64,000 bases of DNA from an uncultured Chloroflexia bacterium. GTDB taxonomy: Bacteria > Chloroflexota > Limnocylindria > Limnocylindrales > CSP1-4. How positions within the stretch are numbered: the stretch's first letter is position 1; each line of letters opens with the position of its first letter. A program made the translations under genes and the position numbers. The stretch covers positions 99,190 through 163,189 of the forward strand of contig CAVPNC010000003.1 of assembly GCA_963706695.1 (NCBI GenBank), read 5' to 3'. The notes under the pieces were generated by a model, which ran no database searches, was not told where the DNA came from, and was given only the letters and a program-made list of their open reading frames with translations. Of this stretch, positions 1 to 8,731 are shown piece after piece.

Positions 1-261
1 AGCGGCCTCGAAGAACTGGTACGAGAAGGGCCGCTGCACCAGCTGCCAGATGTCGACCGTGCGGATGGTGATATGCACGTGCGTATCGAAGAGACCGGGC
101 AGGAGCGTCTTGCCCGTGACGTCCACGGCCGCGTCAGCATCGGCGGTGCCGGCAGGACCGACCGCGACGATGCGCGTGTCCTCGATGACGACGTCCGCTC
201 GATAGGGGTCGGCGCCGGTCCCGTCGAAGACCTGCGCCCCGGTGAAGACCGTGCGAGCCAT
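1..261 (-). CDS. metal-dependent amidohydrolase family protein, N-terminal part (gene runs off the left edge)
   Basis: Own reverse translation from the ATG at 261-259 gives MARTVFTGAQVFDGTGADPYRADVVIEDTRIVAVGP...GKTLLPGLFDTHVHITIR. It carries the DxHxH metal-binding motif of the amidohydrolase superfamily. It is absent from the ORF track because there is no stop inside the window. Confidence 0.7.
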   Translation of the reverse strand, partial: MARTVFTGAQVFDGTGADPYRADVVIEDTRIVAVGPAGTADADAAVDVTGKTLLPGLFDTHVHITIRTVDIWQLVQRPFSYQFFEAA

Positions 262-293
262 GCCACGAGGATAGCGCGCCGAGCGGTGCGAGA

Positions 294-2117
294 ATGGACG
301 GTCCGATGACCCGACGGACACCGGCCTTCGCGCTGACGCTGACCCTGCTCCTGGCGACCCTACCGGCGGCTGCCATCGCCCAGCCGGCCAGCCCCTCCCC
401 CGCCCTCGCTCCCGATGCGAACGAGGCCGCTGCCTCCGATCGCGTGGCCGAGATCCTGGGCGCCATGTCCCTGCGCCAGAAGGTGGGTCAGCTGTTCATG
501 AGTCGCGTCTACGGCTACCGGGCCACGTCGCCCGCACCAGGTGCCGTCCGCTCCAACGAGCGGTACCTCGGGGTGGACGACGCCCACGAGCTCTTCGAGC
601 GCTTCCCGGTCGGCGGCGTCGTCTACTTCGAGTACGCCGGCAACCTCCAGCACCCCGAGCAGATCGCGCGCCTCTCGAACGGCATCCAGCGTGCCGCTCT
701 CGACGCCGGCACCGTGCCCGTGCTCATCAGCACCGACCAGGAGCACGGCCTCATCGAGCGGCTGGGGCCGCCGGCCGACCCGTTTCCCGGGCTCGATGGC
801 GCTGGGCGCCACGCGTGACTGGGACGCTGGCGCGCGAGGCAGCCCGGGTGACCGGCGAGGACCTGCGCGCGGTGGGCATCAACCAGGACCTCGCACCGGT
901 GGCCGACGTCAACAACGACCCGGCCAATCCCGTCATCGGCGTGCGCTCGTTCGGCTCACGCCCCGGGCTGGTGTCGTCGATGACCGCGGCCCAGGTGACC
1001 GGCTTCGAGGATGACGCGCGCGTCGCTGCCACGGTCAAGCACTTCCCGGGACACGGCGACACCGCGCATCGACAGCCACGTGGGCCTGCCCACCATCCGC
1101 CACAGCGAGGCCACCTGGTGGGCACTCGACGCACCGCCGTTCGAGGCGGCCATCGAGGCCGGCGTGGACGTGCTCATGACGGCGCACGTGCGGGTGCCCG
1201 TCGCTCGATCCGCAGCGGCCGTCCAGCCACGCTCTCGCGGCCGATCATCACGGGCATCCTGCGCGAGCGCATGGGCTACGACGGCGTGGTCATGACCGAC
1301 TCGCTGACCATGGCCGCCATCCGCGACCGCTACGACGACGGGCGGGCGCCGGTGCTGGCACTCAAGGCCGGCGCGGACATGCTGGCCGACCCGCCGGACC
1401 TGCCCGTCGCCTTCCGCGGCGTGCTGCGCGCGCATCGAGACAGGGTGAGATCAGCGAAGAGCAGCTGGAGCGCTCGGTGGAGCGGGTCCTGCGCCTGAAG
1501 GAGCGCCTGGGCCTGCTCGACGACCCGTTCGTGGACGTCGACGCGGTGGCGGCCTCGCTCGGTACCGACCAGGACCTGGCGTGGCCCAGGCCGTGGGTGA
1601 CGCCTGCCGTGACCATCCTGCGCGACCGCCGGACGTGGCTGCCGCTGCCGGAGCGCTGGAGCGGTCGTCGCTCACCGGCACTCGGCCGGAGGGCTGCCGG
1701 GTCGCTGCGGCGCAGCCTGCGCGAGGCTGGCCACGCGGTCACGGCCGCTGGACCGGCGACGAGCCCGGCAGGATCGCCACGGCCACGGCGCAGCGAGCAG
1801 GCTCGCCGAGCACGACCTCACCATCGTGGTCACGCGACGACCTCGGCGCCTCTCCGCCGGCAGCGCACGCTGGTGCGAGCGACTGCTCGCGAGCGGCCGG
1901 CCGGTGCGTGGTCGTCTACGCCGGCTCGCCCTACGACGCAGGCTGGTTCCCGGACGCGCCCGCGCAGATCGCGACCTACTCCGACGTGCCGGTCTCGATG
2001 CGCGGCCTCGGCCGAGTGGTCGCCGGCGAGGTAGCAGCCACGGGCACGCTGCCGGTGCGCGTCCCTCGCTTCGGCGGCGGCACGCTCTATCGCTTCGGCC
2101 ACGGCCTGCGCCGCTAG
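294..2117 (+). pseudogene. glycoside hydrolase family 3 (beta-N-acetylhexosaminidase, NagZ-like) with signal peptide, broken by many frameshifts
   Basis: GH3 motifs are spread over several frames. Fragments: LRQKVGQLFM...ISTDQEHG (294..818), FPGSMALGAT (541..1014 frame), GINQDLAPVADVN...KHFPGHGDT (815..1498), DSHVGLPTI (1011..1295), MTDSLTMAAI (815 frame again), RVLRLKERLGLLDDPF (1477 frame), and VVVYAGSPYDAG...TLPVRVP (1581..2117). That implies at least six frame changes. Confidence 0.8.
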
Positions 2118-2180
2118 TGTCCACCGCGCGTCCGCGGCACGGCCACGGACGCTGACCATGCCGCGCGGGCCGCTGGGCAC

Positions 2181-2953
2181 TTGACTCAGGTTCCCGGCCG
2201 GGCCATGCTGAGCAGCAGGCACGCCATGCGAATCGCTGAGCGCTATCCGGCTCTTCGGCGCGCCAGGGTCGAGCAGCTCCGCCTGGCCCGGCGCCTCTCG
2301 GACGGTCGCGCCCACACGCGCTTCGCGACCACCCAGACCGACGAACGATTGCCGCTCACCGTCGTGCGGCACTCCTCGCTGCTTCGCCGTCGTCTGGGTC
2401 AGACCGACCCTCGCCTGCAAGAAGCCAAGGTCCACAACCTGCGCCTTGCGGGCGTGAGACGCGACTTCAGATCGGAGCCTGGCCTGTGCCAGCTCTCGAA
2501 CCTGCTCTACTGGATGGCCCTGCACGCTCCACTGGAGGTCATCGAGCACCACCACCATTCCTTCGACCCCTTCCCCGACGATCGACGCGTGCTGCCCTTC
2601 GGCTCCGGTGCCGGCGTCTTCTACAACTACGTCGACCTGCGCCTGCGAAACCCCACCGACGTCGCGCTCGAGCTCGTGGTAGCCATCACCGAGGAGCACC
2701 TGCGTGGTCGGCTGCTGGCGGAGAGACGGGGGCCGTTCGCCTTCCACGTCGAGGAGCGCGGGCACCGCTTCGTGCGCGAACCTGACGGGCGCGTGTTCCG
2801 CCAGAACGAGCTCTGGCGTCGAACCATCGACAGGCGCAACCGGCGAGGTCGATCTCCGTCGAGCTGATCACCCGAAACCACGCCGAGGTCGGTTACGAAG
2901 TCGACCCCGCCCTGGTCGAACGTGCCGTCCCAGGGCCTGACGGGGCCGGCTAG
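2181..2953 (+). pseudogene. VanW family protein, apparently internally shortened and with two frameshifts near the 3' end
   Basis: ORF 2181..2867 contains LCQLSNLLYWMALHAPLEVIEHHHHSFDPFPDDRRVLPFGSGAGVFYNYVDLRLRN, typical of the VanW family. The conserved tail continues in two other frames: DRATGEVDLRR (2704 frame), then ELITRNHAEVGYEV, ending at TAG 2951-2953. Confidence 0.65.
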
Positions 2954-3802
2954 CCACCGTCGCCGGCGAACAGCTCACGGCGCGGAAGGCCCGTCTCCTC
3001 GGCCACCATCCTGGCCGCCGCCGAGCGCTTGAGGCCTTCTGCCACCAGCCGCTCGACCCGGGCCCGACCGGCCTCGAGGCTGACCTCGGCGACATCCTCC
3101 GCGGTGGCGCCGGCGACCACGATCACGACCTCTCCCTTGACCGGCCTCGTCTCGGCCTCGTCGGCCAGCTGCGCGAGGCCACCGCGACGGACCTCCTCGT
3201 GCAGCTTGGTCAGCTCGCGGGCGACCACGGCCCGTCGTTCAGGGCCACAGGCGGCGGCCAGGTCGCGCAGGGTGCTCGGCGGTGCGCCCATGGGCCTCGT
3301 AGATGACGGTGGCGCGGTCGTCGGCGGCGATGCGGGCAAGCCGCTCCTTGCGCTCACGGCCCTTGCGCGGCAGGAAGCCTTCGAAGCCCCAGCGAGCGGC
3401 CGGCAGCGCGCTGGCCACCAGGGCTGCCAGCACGGCAGAGGCACCGGGGATGGGCACGACGGTGCCGCCACGCTCGACCCAGGCGCCGACGAGCACCTCC
3501 CCCGGATCGCTCACGAGCGGCGTCCCGGCGTCGCTCACGAGCGCGACGTCGTCCCCGGCCTCGAGCCGCTCGAGCAGCTCTGCGGTCCGGCGATCATCAC
3601 TGTGGGCGTGGTAGCTCACGAGCGGCGTCTCGATCTCGAAGCGAGACCACAGCTTGCGCGTGACCCGCGTGTCCTCCGCCGCCACGACGGCCACGTCGCG
3701 CAGGGTCTCGAGCGCGCGCAGGGTGATGTCGCCGAGGTTGCCGATGGGCGTGGCCACCACGTAGAGCGTGCCGCGGCCGCCCTCGGGGGCCACCTCAGTC
3801 AC
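2950..3802 (-). pseudogene. rsmI: 16S rRNA (cytidine1402-2'-O)-methyltransferase RsmI, interrupted by one frameshift near 3272
   Basis: The N-terminal part is in the frame of ORF 3239..4240, from GTG 3802: TLYVVATPIGNLGDITLRALETL...VSDAGTPLVSDPG. The C-terminal part is in ORF 2950..3471: TLRDLAAACGPERRAVVARELTKLHEEV. Removing one c in gagcaccctg (minus-strand reading) joins the two frames. Confidence 0.75.
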
Positions 3803-4670
3803 GCGCCGAGCCCGGTCGGCGACGCGGGTAGAGGTAGTCGATGCCGGCGGTGCGCGGCCCGATCTTGGCGATGGGCGGCACCTGCCGCTTGAACTCCGAG
3901 CCCGCGACCATGCGGTCGATCCGTTCCACCAGGGCACGCTCGAAGCCATCCTCCACGACCTCGTCGAGCGACAGCCGCCGGTCGACGAGGCGGAAGAGGA
4001 TGCGATCGACCTCCGCGTAGCTGAAGCCGACCTCGGCCTCATCCGTCTGGCCCGGCCACAGGTCGGCCGACGGCGCCTTGGTGATGACCGCGTCGGGCAC
4101 GCCGATGGCGACCGACAGCTGGCGCACCTGCGACTTGTAGAGGTCCCCGATGGGGTTGAAGGCGCTGGCGCTGTCACCCCACAGCGTGGAGTAGCCGATG
4201 AGCGCTTCCGTCTTGTTGCCGGTGCCGATGACCAGGCCACCCCAGGTGACGGAGTGGTCGTAGAGCACCATCATCCGCGCGCGGGCCATGAAGTTGCCCC
4301 GACGCAGCGGAGTCGCGTCCGCGCGCGACTCGTCGAAGTAGCCGTCGACGATGCCGCTGATATCGACCAGCTCGCTGGGCAAGCCCAGGTCAGCCACGAT
4401 GGTCTCGGCATCCCCGCGCGACTCGGGCGAGGAGGTCTTGTAGGGCATCAGGACGGCCAACACGTTCCCAGCGCCGATGGCCTCCGCCGCGAGGTAGGCC
4501 ACCAGGGCCGAGTCGATGCCCCCGGAGAGCCCCAGCAGGACCTTCTCGAAGCCCGCCTGGGCCAGCTGTGCCCGGATGAACTCGCCGACGATGCGCCGCG
4601 CCGCATCGGTGTCGATGGCCAGCTCCTGCGGGAGCTCGAACTCGAAGGTCGAGCCCGTGGACATGGTCAT
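3795..4670 (-). CDS. nadE: NH3-dependent NAD+ synthetase
   Basis: The 291-aa ORF carries the PP-loop motif LGLSGGIDSALVA and NadE-like blocks (MPYKTSS, GTGNKTE, YSTLWGD). Confidence 0.9.
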   Translation of the reverse strand: MTMSTGSTFEFELPQELAIDTDAARRIVGEFIRAQLAQAGFEKVLLGLSGGIDSALVAYLAAEAIGAGNVLAVLMPYKTSSPESRGDAETIVADLGLPSELVDISGIVDGYFDESRADATPLRRGNFMARARMMVLYDHSVTWGGLVIGTGNKTEALIGYSTLWGDSASAFNPIGDLYKSQVRQLSVAIGVPDAVITKAPSADLWPGQTDEAEVGFSYAEVDRILFRLVDRRLSLDEVVEDGFERALVERIDRMVAGSEFKRQVPPIAKIGPRTAGIDYLYPRRRPGSARD

Positions 4671-4706
4671 GGCCGCCGGGCGCTCCGAGCGTTGCGCTCG
4701 AGCCGC

Positions 4707-5560
4707 TCAGCCGATGATCTGGTCGAGCTGGCGGATGACGACCTCCGGCCGCTCGTCGCGCAGCAGCGGCGAAGCGATGCGCTCACGGCGCAGCTCCGCG
4801 GGACGGATCTCGGTCAGATACAGGCCCTCGTCGTGGGTCGGCGCCCGGAAGACGCTGTCGCCGTCGGGTCCCACGACCTCCGAACCGCCCCAGAAGGTGA
4901 TCGACTCGTCCACGCCGACGCGGTTGACGAAGATGACGTAGCTGGTGGTCAGCTGGGCATACGTGCGGTTGAGCGAGCGCCAGGACTCGGCCGTGCCCAG
5001 GCCCGTCTCGTTGACCGCGGCCACGTCGCGACCGGGCGAGGACGAGACGTTGATGAGCACCTGCGCGCCGTCGAGCGCCAGCAGCTGCGGCGTGGCCAGG
5101 TGCCAGAAGTCCTCGCAGACGCTGATGCCCAGGCGCAGGTCCAGACGCTCCGAGTTGGCCGCGCGGATGGTGGAGCCGGGCGCGAAGAAGCGACGCTCGT
5201 CGAAGAGGCCGTACGTCGGCAGGAAGACCTTGCGGTGGACGTGCCGCACGGCCTGGTTCTCGAGCAGCGCAGCACTGATGAAGAGCTTGTGGTCCGACGA
5301 CTCCTCCACGAAGGAGACGACGACGCTCATGTCGCCGGCGGCCTGCGCCAGCTCCAGGATCGCGGGTCGTCGCGGCGCATGGCCACCTCCGCGTTGAGGT
5401 CCTGCAGCAGGTAGCCGGTCAGCCCCAGCTCCGGGAAGACGACGAGGTCGGCCTCCTGGGCGCGTGCCTCGGCGATGAGCTCGAGGTGTCGCCGGAGGTT
5501 CTCCTCGAGCGCGCCGAGGCGCGGTGCGATCTGGGCAAGGGCGACGCGGAGGGGTGCCAT
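4707..5560 (-). pseudogene. carbon-nitrogen hydrolase (nitrilase superfamily; likely glutaminase partner of NadE), split by one frameshift near 5365
   Basis: ORF 5327..5560 (MAPLRVALAQIAP...DLVVFPELGLTGY) and ORF 4707..5330 (HRKVFLPTYGLFDERRFF...GISVCEDFWH) together make one CN-hydrolase with the E, K and C catalytic-motif contexts. The two frames differ by one missing nucleotide. Confidence 0.75.
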
Positions 5561-5625
5561 GAGCGTGAGTGTATTCGCTGTTCGGCGCGTGATGCGGATC
5601 GCGCCGGCGGAATCGCGAACCTCCC

Positions 5626-5686
5626 GGGTGTACGAACGCCGCGAGGCAGTGCTAGGGTGTACGCACGCCGCGAAGGGTGTGAGCGC
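5626..5686. promoter_or_regulatory. direct repeats GGGTGTACG(A/C)ACGCCGCGA(A)GG x2 plus a third GGGTGT half-copy, in the divergent intergenic region
   Basis: Read directly: gggtgtacgaacgccgcgagg at ~5626, gggtgtacgcacgccgcgaagg at ~5655 (29-bp period), and gggtgtgagcgc at ~5675. They lie between the CN-hydrolase start (5560) and the SBP start (5795). Confidence 0.4.
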
Positions 5687-5794
5687 TGTGCCGCGCTGCG
5701 CACCCGCGGGCTGGCTGAGGAGGAGCCTCGACCCACGGCGCCTCTCGAGAGAGCGGCCGCCCGGATCCGTCGCGGGAGAAAGAAGGAGAACCGG

Positions 5795-7519
5795 ATGACC
5801 CGACGACCTACTTGGTTGTCCGCGGCCGCTCTTGGCGGCGCGATGGCGCTCCTGGCCACCTCAGCAGCTCCTGTCTTCGCACAGGCGGAGCAGGGCGAGA
5901 TGCCCGAGGGTGGCTGGACGTCGTACCCCGTGACCGAAGCCGTCGACTGTGAAGCCGGCACGTTCGCGGGCCTGCCGTACACCGGCAGTCTTGCCAGCAT
6001 CGAGGCGGTCGACGATCTGACCGTCAAGTTCAACCTCTGTGCGCCTGATCCCGCCTTCCTGTCCAAGATCGCCTTCTCGGCGTTCGCGGCCCAGGATGCG
6101 GACTACCTGGCCACCGCCGGCCTCGACGGCACGATCGTCGACAACCCCAACGGCACCGGCCCGTACATGCTCGGCGAGTGGCGCCGCGGCAGCGAGATCA
6201 TCCTCGAAGCCAACCCGGACTACTGGGGCGAGCCCGTCCTGAGCGACACCGTCGTGATGCGCTGGTCGTCCGAGCCCGGCCAGAAGCTGCTCGAGCTGCA
6301 GTCCGGCACCGTGGATGGCATCGACAACCCCAGCGTCGACGACGTCGATACGATCGCGGCTGACCCCAACTTCCAGGTCATCCCCCGTGAAGGCTTGAAC
6401 ATCTTCTACGTGGGCATGAACAACACCTACCCGCCGTTCGACAACGTGAAGGTGCGCCAGGCCATCGCGCAGGCGATCGACAAGGAACGCATCCTCAACA
6501 ACTTCTACGCCGACGGCTCCAACGTCGCGGACTACTTCACCCCGTGCTCCATCGCCTTCGCCTGTGAGGGCGATCCGTGGTGGGACTACGACCCCGAAGC
6601 GGCACAGGCGCTCCTCGCTGAGGGCCTCGCCGAGTCCGGCCTGGACGCCATGCCCGAGATCCCCATCTCGCTGCGCGTCGTGGACCGCACCTACCTGCCC
6701 TTCCCGGAGCAGGTCGCGGTCGACATCCAGGATCAGCTCGCTGAGAACCTGGGCATCACCGCCACCATCGACGTCCAGGAGTCGGGCACGTTCATCGACA
6801 ACGCCGACGCCGGCGCCCTGAGCGGCCTCCACCTCCTGGGCTGGGGTGCTGACTACCCCGATCCCACCAACTTCCTTGACTTCCACTTCGGTCCCGGTGC
6901 CTCCGCCCAGTTCGGCGACGGCTTCCAGGACATCTGGGACGCCCTGGCCATCGGTGCCACCAACTCCGACCCGGCTGTTCGTGCTGAGGCGTACGCCGCG
7001 GCCAACAACGCCGTCAAGGCCAACATCCCCATGGTGCCGATCGCTTCGGGTGGTTCTGCCACCGCGTGGGCGGCTGACATCGAGGGTGCTCACTCGTCGC
7101 CGCTGGGCAACGAGGAGTTCCGTGTCATCGGCCCCGGTGCCGACGACACGCTGGTGTGGATGCAGAACGCAGAGCCCATCGGGCTCTACTGCGCCGACGA
7201 GACCGACGGCGAGTCCCTGCGCGCCTGCGAGCAGATCAACGAGTCCCTCTACGGCTACGAGATCGCCGGCGCCGCCTACGAGCCTCGCCTGGCCTCCGAG
7301 TGCACCTCCAACGAGGAGCTCACCGAGTGGACCTGCAGCCTCCGCGAAGGCATCAAGTTCCACAACGGTGCTGACCTCACGGCCTCTGACATCGTCACGT
7401 CCTACGCGGTCCAGTGGGACGTCACCAACCCGCTGCACATCGGTCGCGATGGCAGCTTCACCTACTTCCCGGGCCTCTGGGGCGGGTTCCTGAACTCCGT
7501 CCCCGCCGAAGAGGAGTAG
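5795..7519 (+). CDS. ABC transporter substrate-binding protein, family 5 (peptide/nickel, DppA/OppA-like), secreted
   Basis: ATG at 5795 is preceded by gaaggaga. Signal peptide: MTRRPTWLSAAALGGAMALLATSAAPVFAQA. The long SBP_bac_5-like body is in ORF 5486..7519, whose upstream 103 codons look spurious. Confidence 0.85.
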   Translation: MTRRPTWLSAAALGGAMALLATSAAPVFAQAEQGEMPEGGWTSYPVTEAVDCEAGTFAGLPYTGSLASIEAVDDLTVKFNLCAPDPAFLSKIAFSAFAAQDADYLATAGLDGTIVDNPNGTGPYMLGEWRRGSEIILEANPDYWGEPVLSDTVVMRWSSEPGQKLLELQSGTVDGIDNPSVDDVDTIAADPNFQVIPREGLNIFYVGMNNTYPPFDNVKVRQAIAQAIDKERILNNFYADGSNVADYFTPCSIAFACEGDPWWDYDPEAAQALLAEGLAESGLDAMPEIPISLRVVDRTYLPFPEQVAVDIQDQLAENLGITATIDVQESGTFIDNADAGALSGLHLLGWGADYPDPTNFLDFHFGPGASAQFGDGFQDIWDALAIGATNSDPAVRAEAYAAANNAVKANIPMVPIASGGSATAWAADIEGAHSSPLGNEEFRVIGPGADDTLVWMQNAEPIGLYCADETDGESLRACEQINESLYGYEIAGAAYEPRLASECTSNEELTEWTCSLREGIKFHNGADLTASDIVTSYAVQWDVTNPLHIGRDGSFTYFPGLWGGFLNSVPAEEE

Positions 7520-7542
7520 ACCCCTCCCGTAACCGTAAGGTC

Positions 7543-7573
7543 GAGGGGCGCCACCGATGAGGTGGCGCCCCTC
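7543..7573 (+). terminator. perfect 13-bp stem hairpin after the SBP gene (intercistronic terminator or attenuator, or mRNA stabiliser)
   Basis: Sequence gaggggcgccacc-gatga-ggtggcgcccctc, followed by tcctctgctcc. It sits 24 nt after the SBP stop codon. Confidence 0.55.
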
Positions 7574-7623
7574 TCCTCTGCTCCACTGACCGTATCGATC
7601 AGAACCCGCACGAACGGCGCTTC

Positions 7624-8721
7624 TTGACTCAGTACATCATCCGGCGGCTGCTGCTCAGCATCCCGACCCTGCTCGGCATCATCGCCATCGTCTTCATCAT
7701 CGCCCGCCTGCTCCCCGGCGACCCCTGCCTGTCTGCCCTGGGTGAGCGCGCCACTGATGAAGTCTGCGACGCCTTCAACGAGCGCTTCGGCCTCAACGAG
7801 CCGATCATCACCCAGTTCTTCCTCTACATCGGGCAGCTGCTGCGCGGCGACCTGGGCGACTCCATCCGGTACGGACGCCCGGTGACCGAGATCCTCATCG
7901 AGCGCCTGCCCACGACCATCGAGCTGGCCTTCTACGCGCTGCTCTTCGCCGCCATCGCCGGCATCATCCTGGGCCTCATCGCCGCCCTCCGCCGCAACTC
8001 CAAGACGGACGTGGTCACGATGTTCGTGGCCATCCTCGGCGTGTCCGTGCCGATCTTCGTGCTGGCGCTCATCCTGCAGTTCATCTTCGCGGTCTGGATG
8101 CCAGGCGTCACGGAGGACCTCTTCGGGGTCCGGGTCGGCTTGCCGCCATCAGGCCGGCTCAGCCCGGGCCTGCAGTTCGACACCCTGGTGGAGGCCTGGG
8201 GGCTGCAGGACCTCGGCGGGCTGCCGCGAGCCATCCTCGACTTCCTCTCCGGCATCTACACCTTCAGCTTCCTCGTCACCTTCCAGTTCGAGCAGTGGCT
8301 CGACGCGGTCAAGCACCTGATCCTGCCAGTCATCGCGCTGGGCACCATCAGCCTGGCCATCATCGCGCGCATCACGCGCTCGTCGCTGCTGGAAGTGCTT
8401 GGTCTCGACTACATCCGCACCGCCCGCGCCAAGGGCGTGTCCGAGCGCGCCGTGCTGCGCAAGCACGCCTTCCGCAACGCCATGCTGCCGGTGGTCACGA
8501 TCATCGGCCTGCAGCTGGGCCTGCTGCTGGCGGGCGCCGTGCTCACCGAGACCGTCTTCAACCTGACTGGCGTGGGCCGCACCATGTACGACTCCATCGT
8601 CGGCCGCGACTACATCGTGGTGCAGGCCTTCACGCTCATCATCGCCCTCATCTACCTGACGGTGAACCTGATCGTGGACATCTCGTACGCGTTCCTCGAC
8701 CCGCGGATCCGGCTCAAGTGA
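7624..8721 (+). CDS. ABC transporter permease (DppB/OppB-like)
   Basis: 365-aa ORF with a TTG start and multiple TM segments. It has the N-terminal MTQYIIRRLLLSIPTLLGI and the binding-protein-dependent transport motif region (IRTARAKGVSER). Confidence 0.9.
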   Translation: MTQYIIRRLLLSIPTLLGIIAIVFIIARLLPGDPCLSALGERATDEVCDAFNERFGLNEPIITQFFLYIGQLLRGDLGDSIRYGRPVTEILIERLPTTIELAFYALLFAAIAGIILGLIAALRRNSKTDVVTMFVAILGVSVPIFVLALILQFIFAVWMPGVTEDLFGVRVGLPPSGRLSPGLQFDTLVEAWGLQDLGGLPRAILDFLSGIYTFSFLVTFQFEQWLDAVKHLILPVIALGTISLAIIARITRSSLLEVLGLDYIRTARAKGVSERAVLRKHAFRNAMLPVVTIIGLQLGLLLAGAVLTETVFNLTGVGRTMYDSIVGRDYIVVQAFTLIIALIYLTVNLIVDISYAFLDPRIRLK

Positions 8722-8731
8722 GGAACGCACG

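Noticed and set aside
5486-5794. N-terminal extensions of ORF-track entries. Examples are the SBP gene from 5486, sucC from 61530, rsmH from 53653, the rsmI ORF reaching 4240, and the ADA gene from 34102.
   Set aside because: The extensions overlap neighbouring genes or intergenic DNA and have junk-like composition. Internal starts with Shine-Dalgarno sequences and signal peptides or conserved N-termini fit better.
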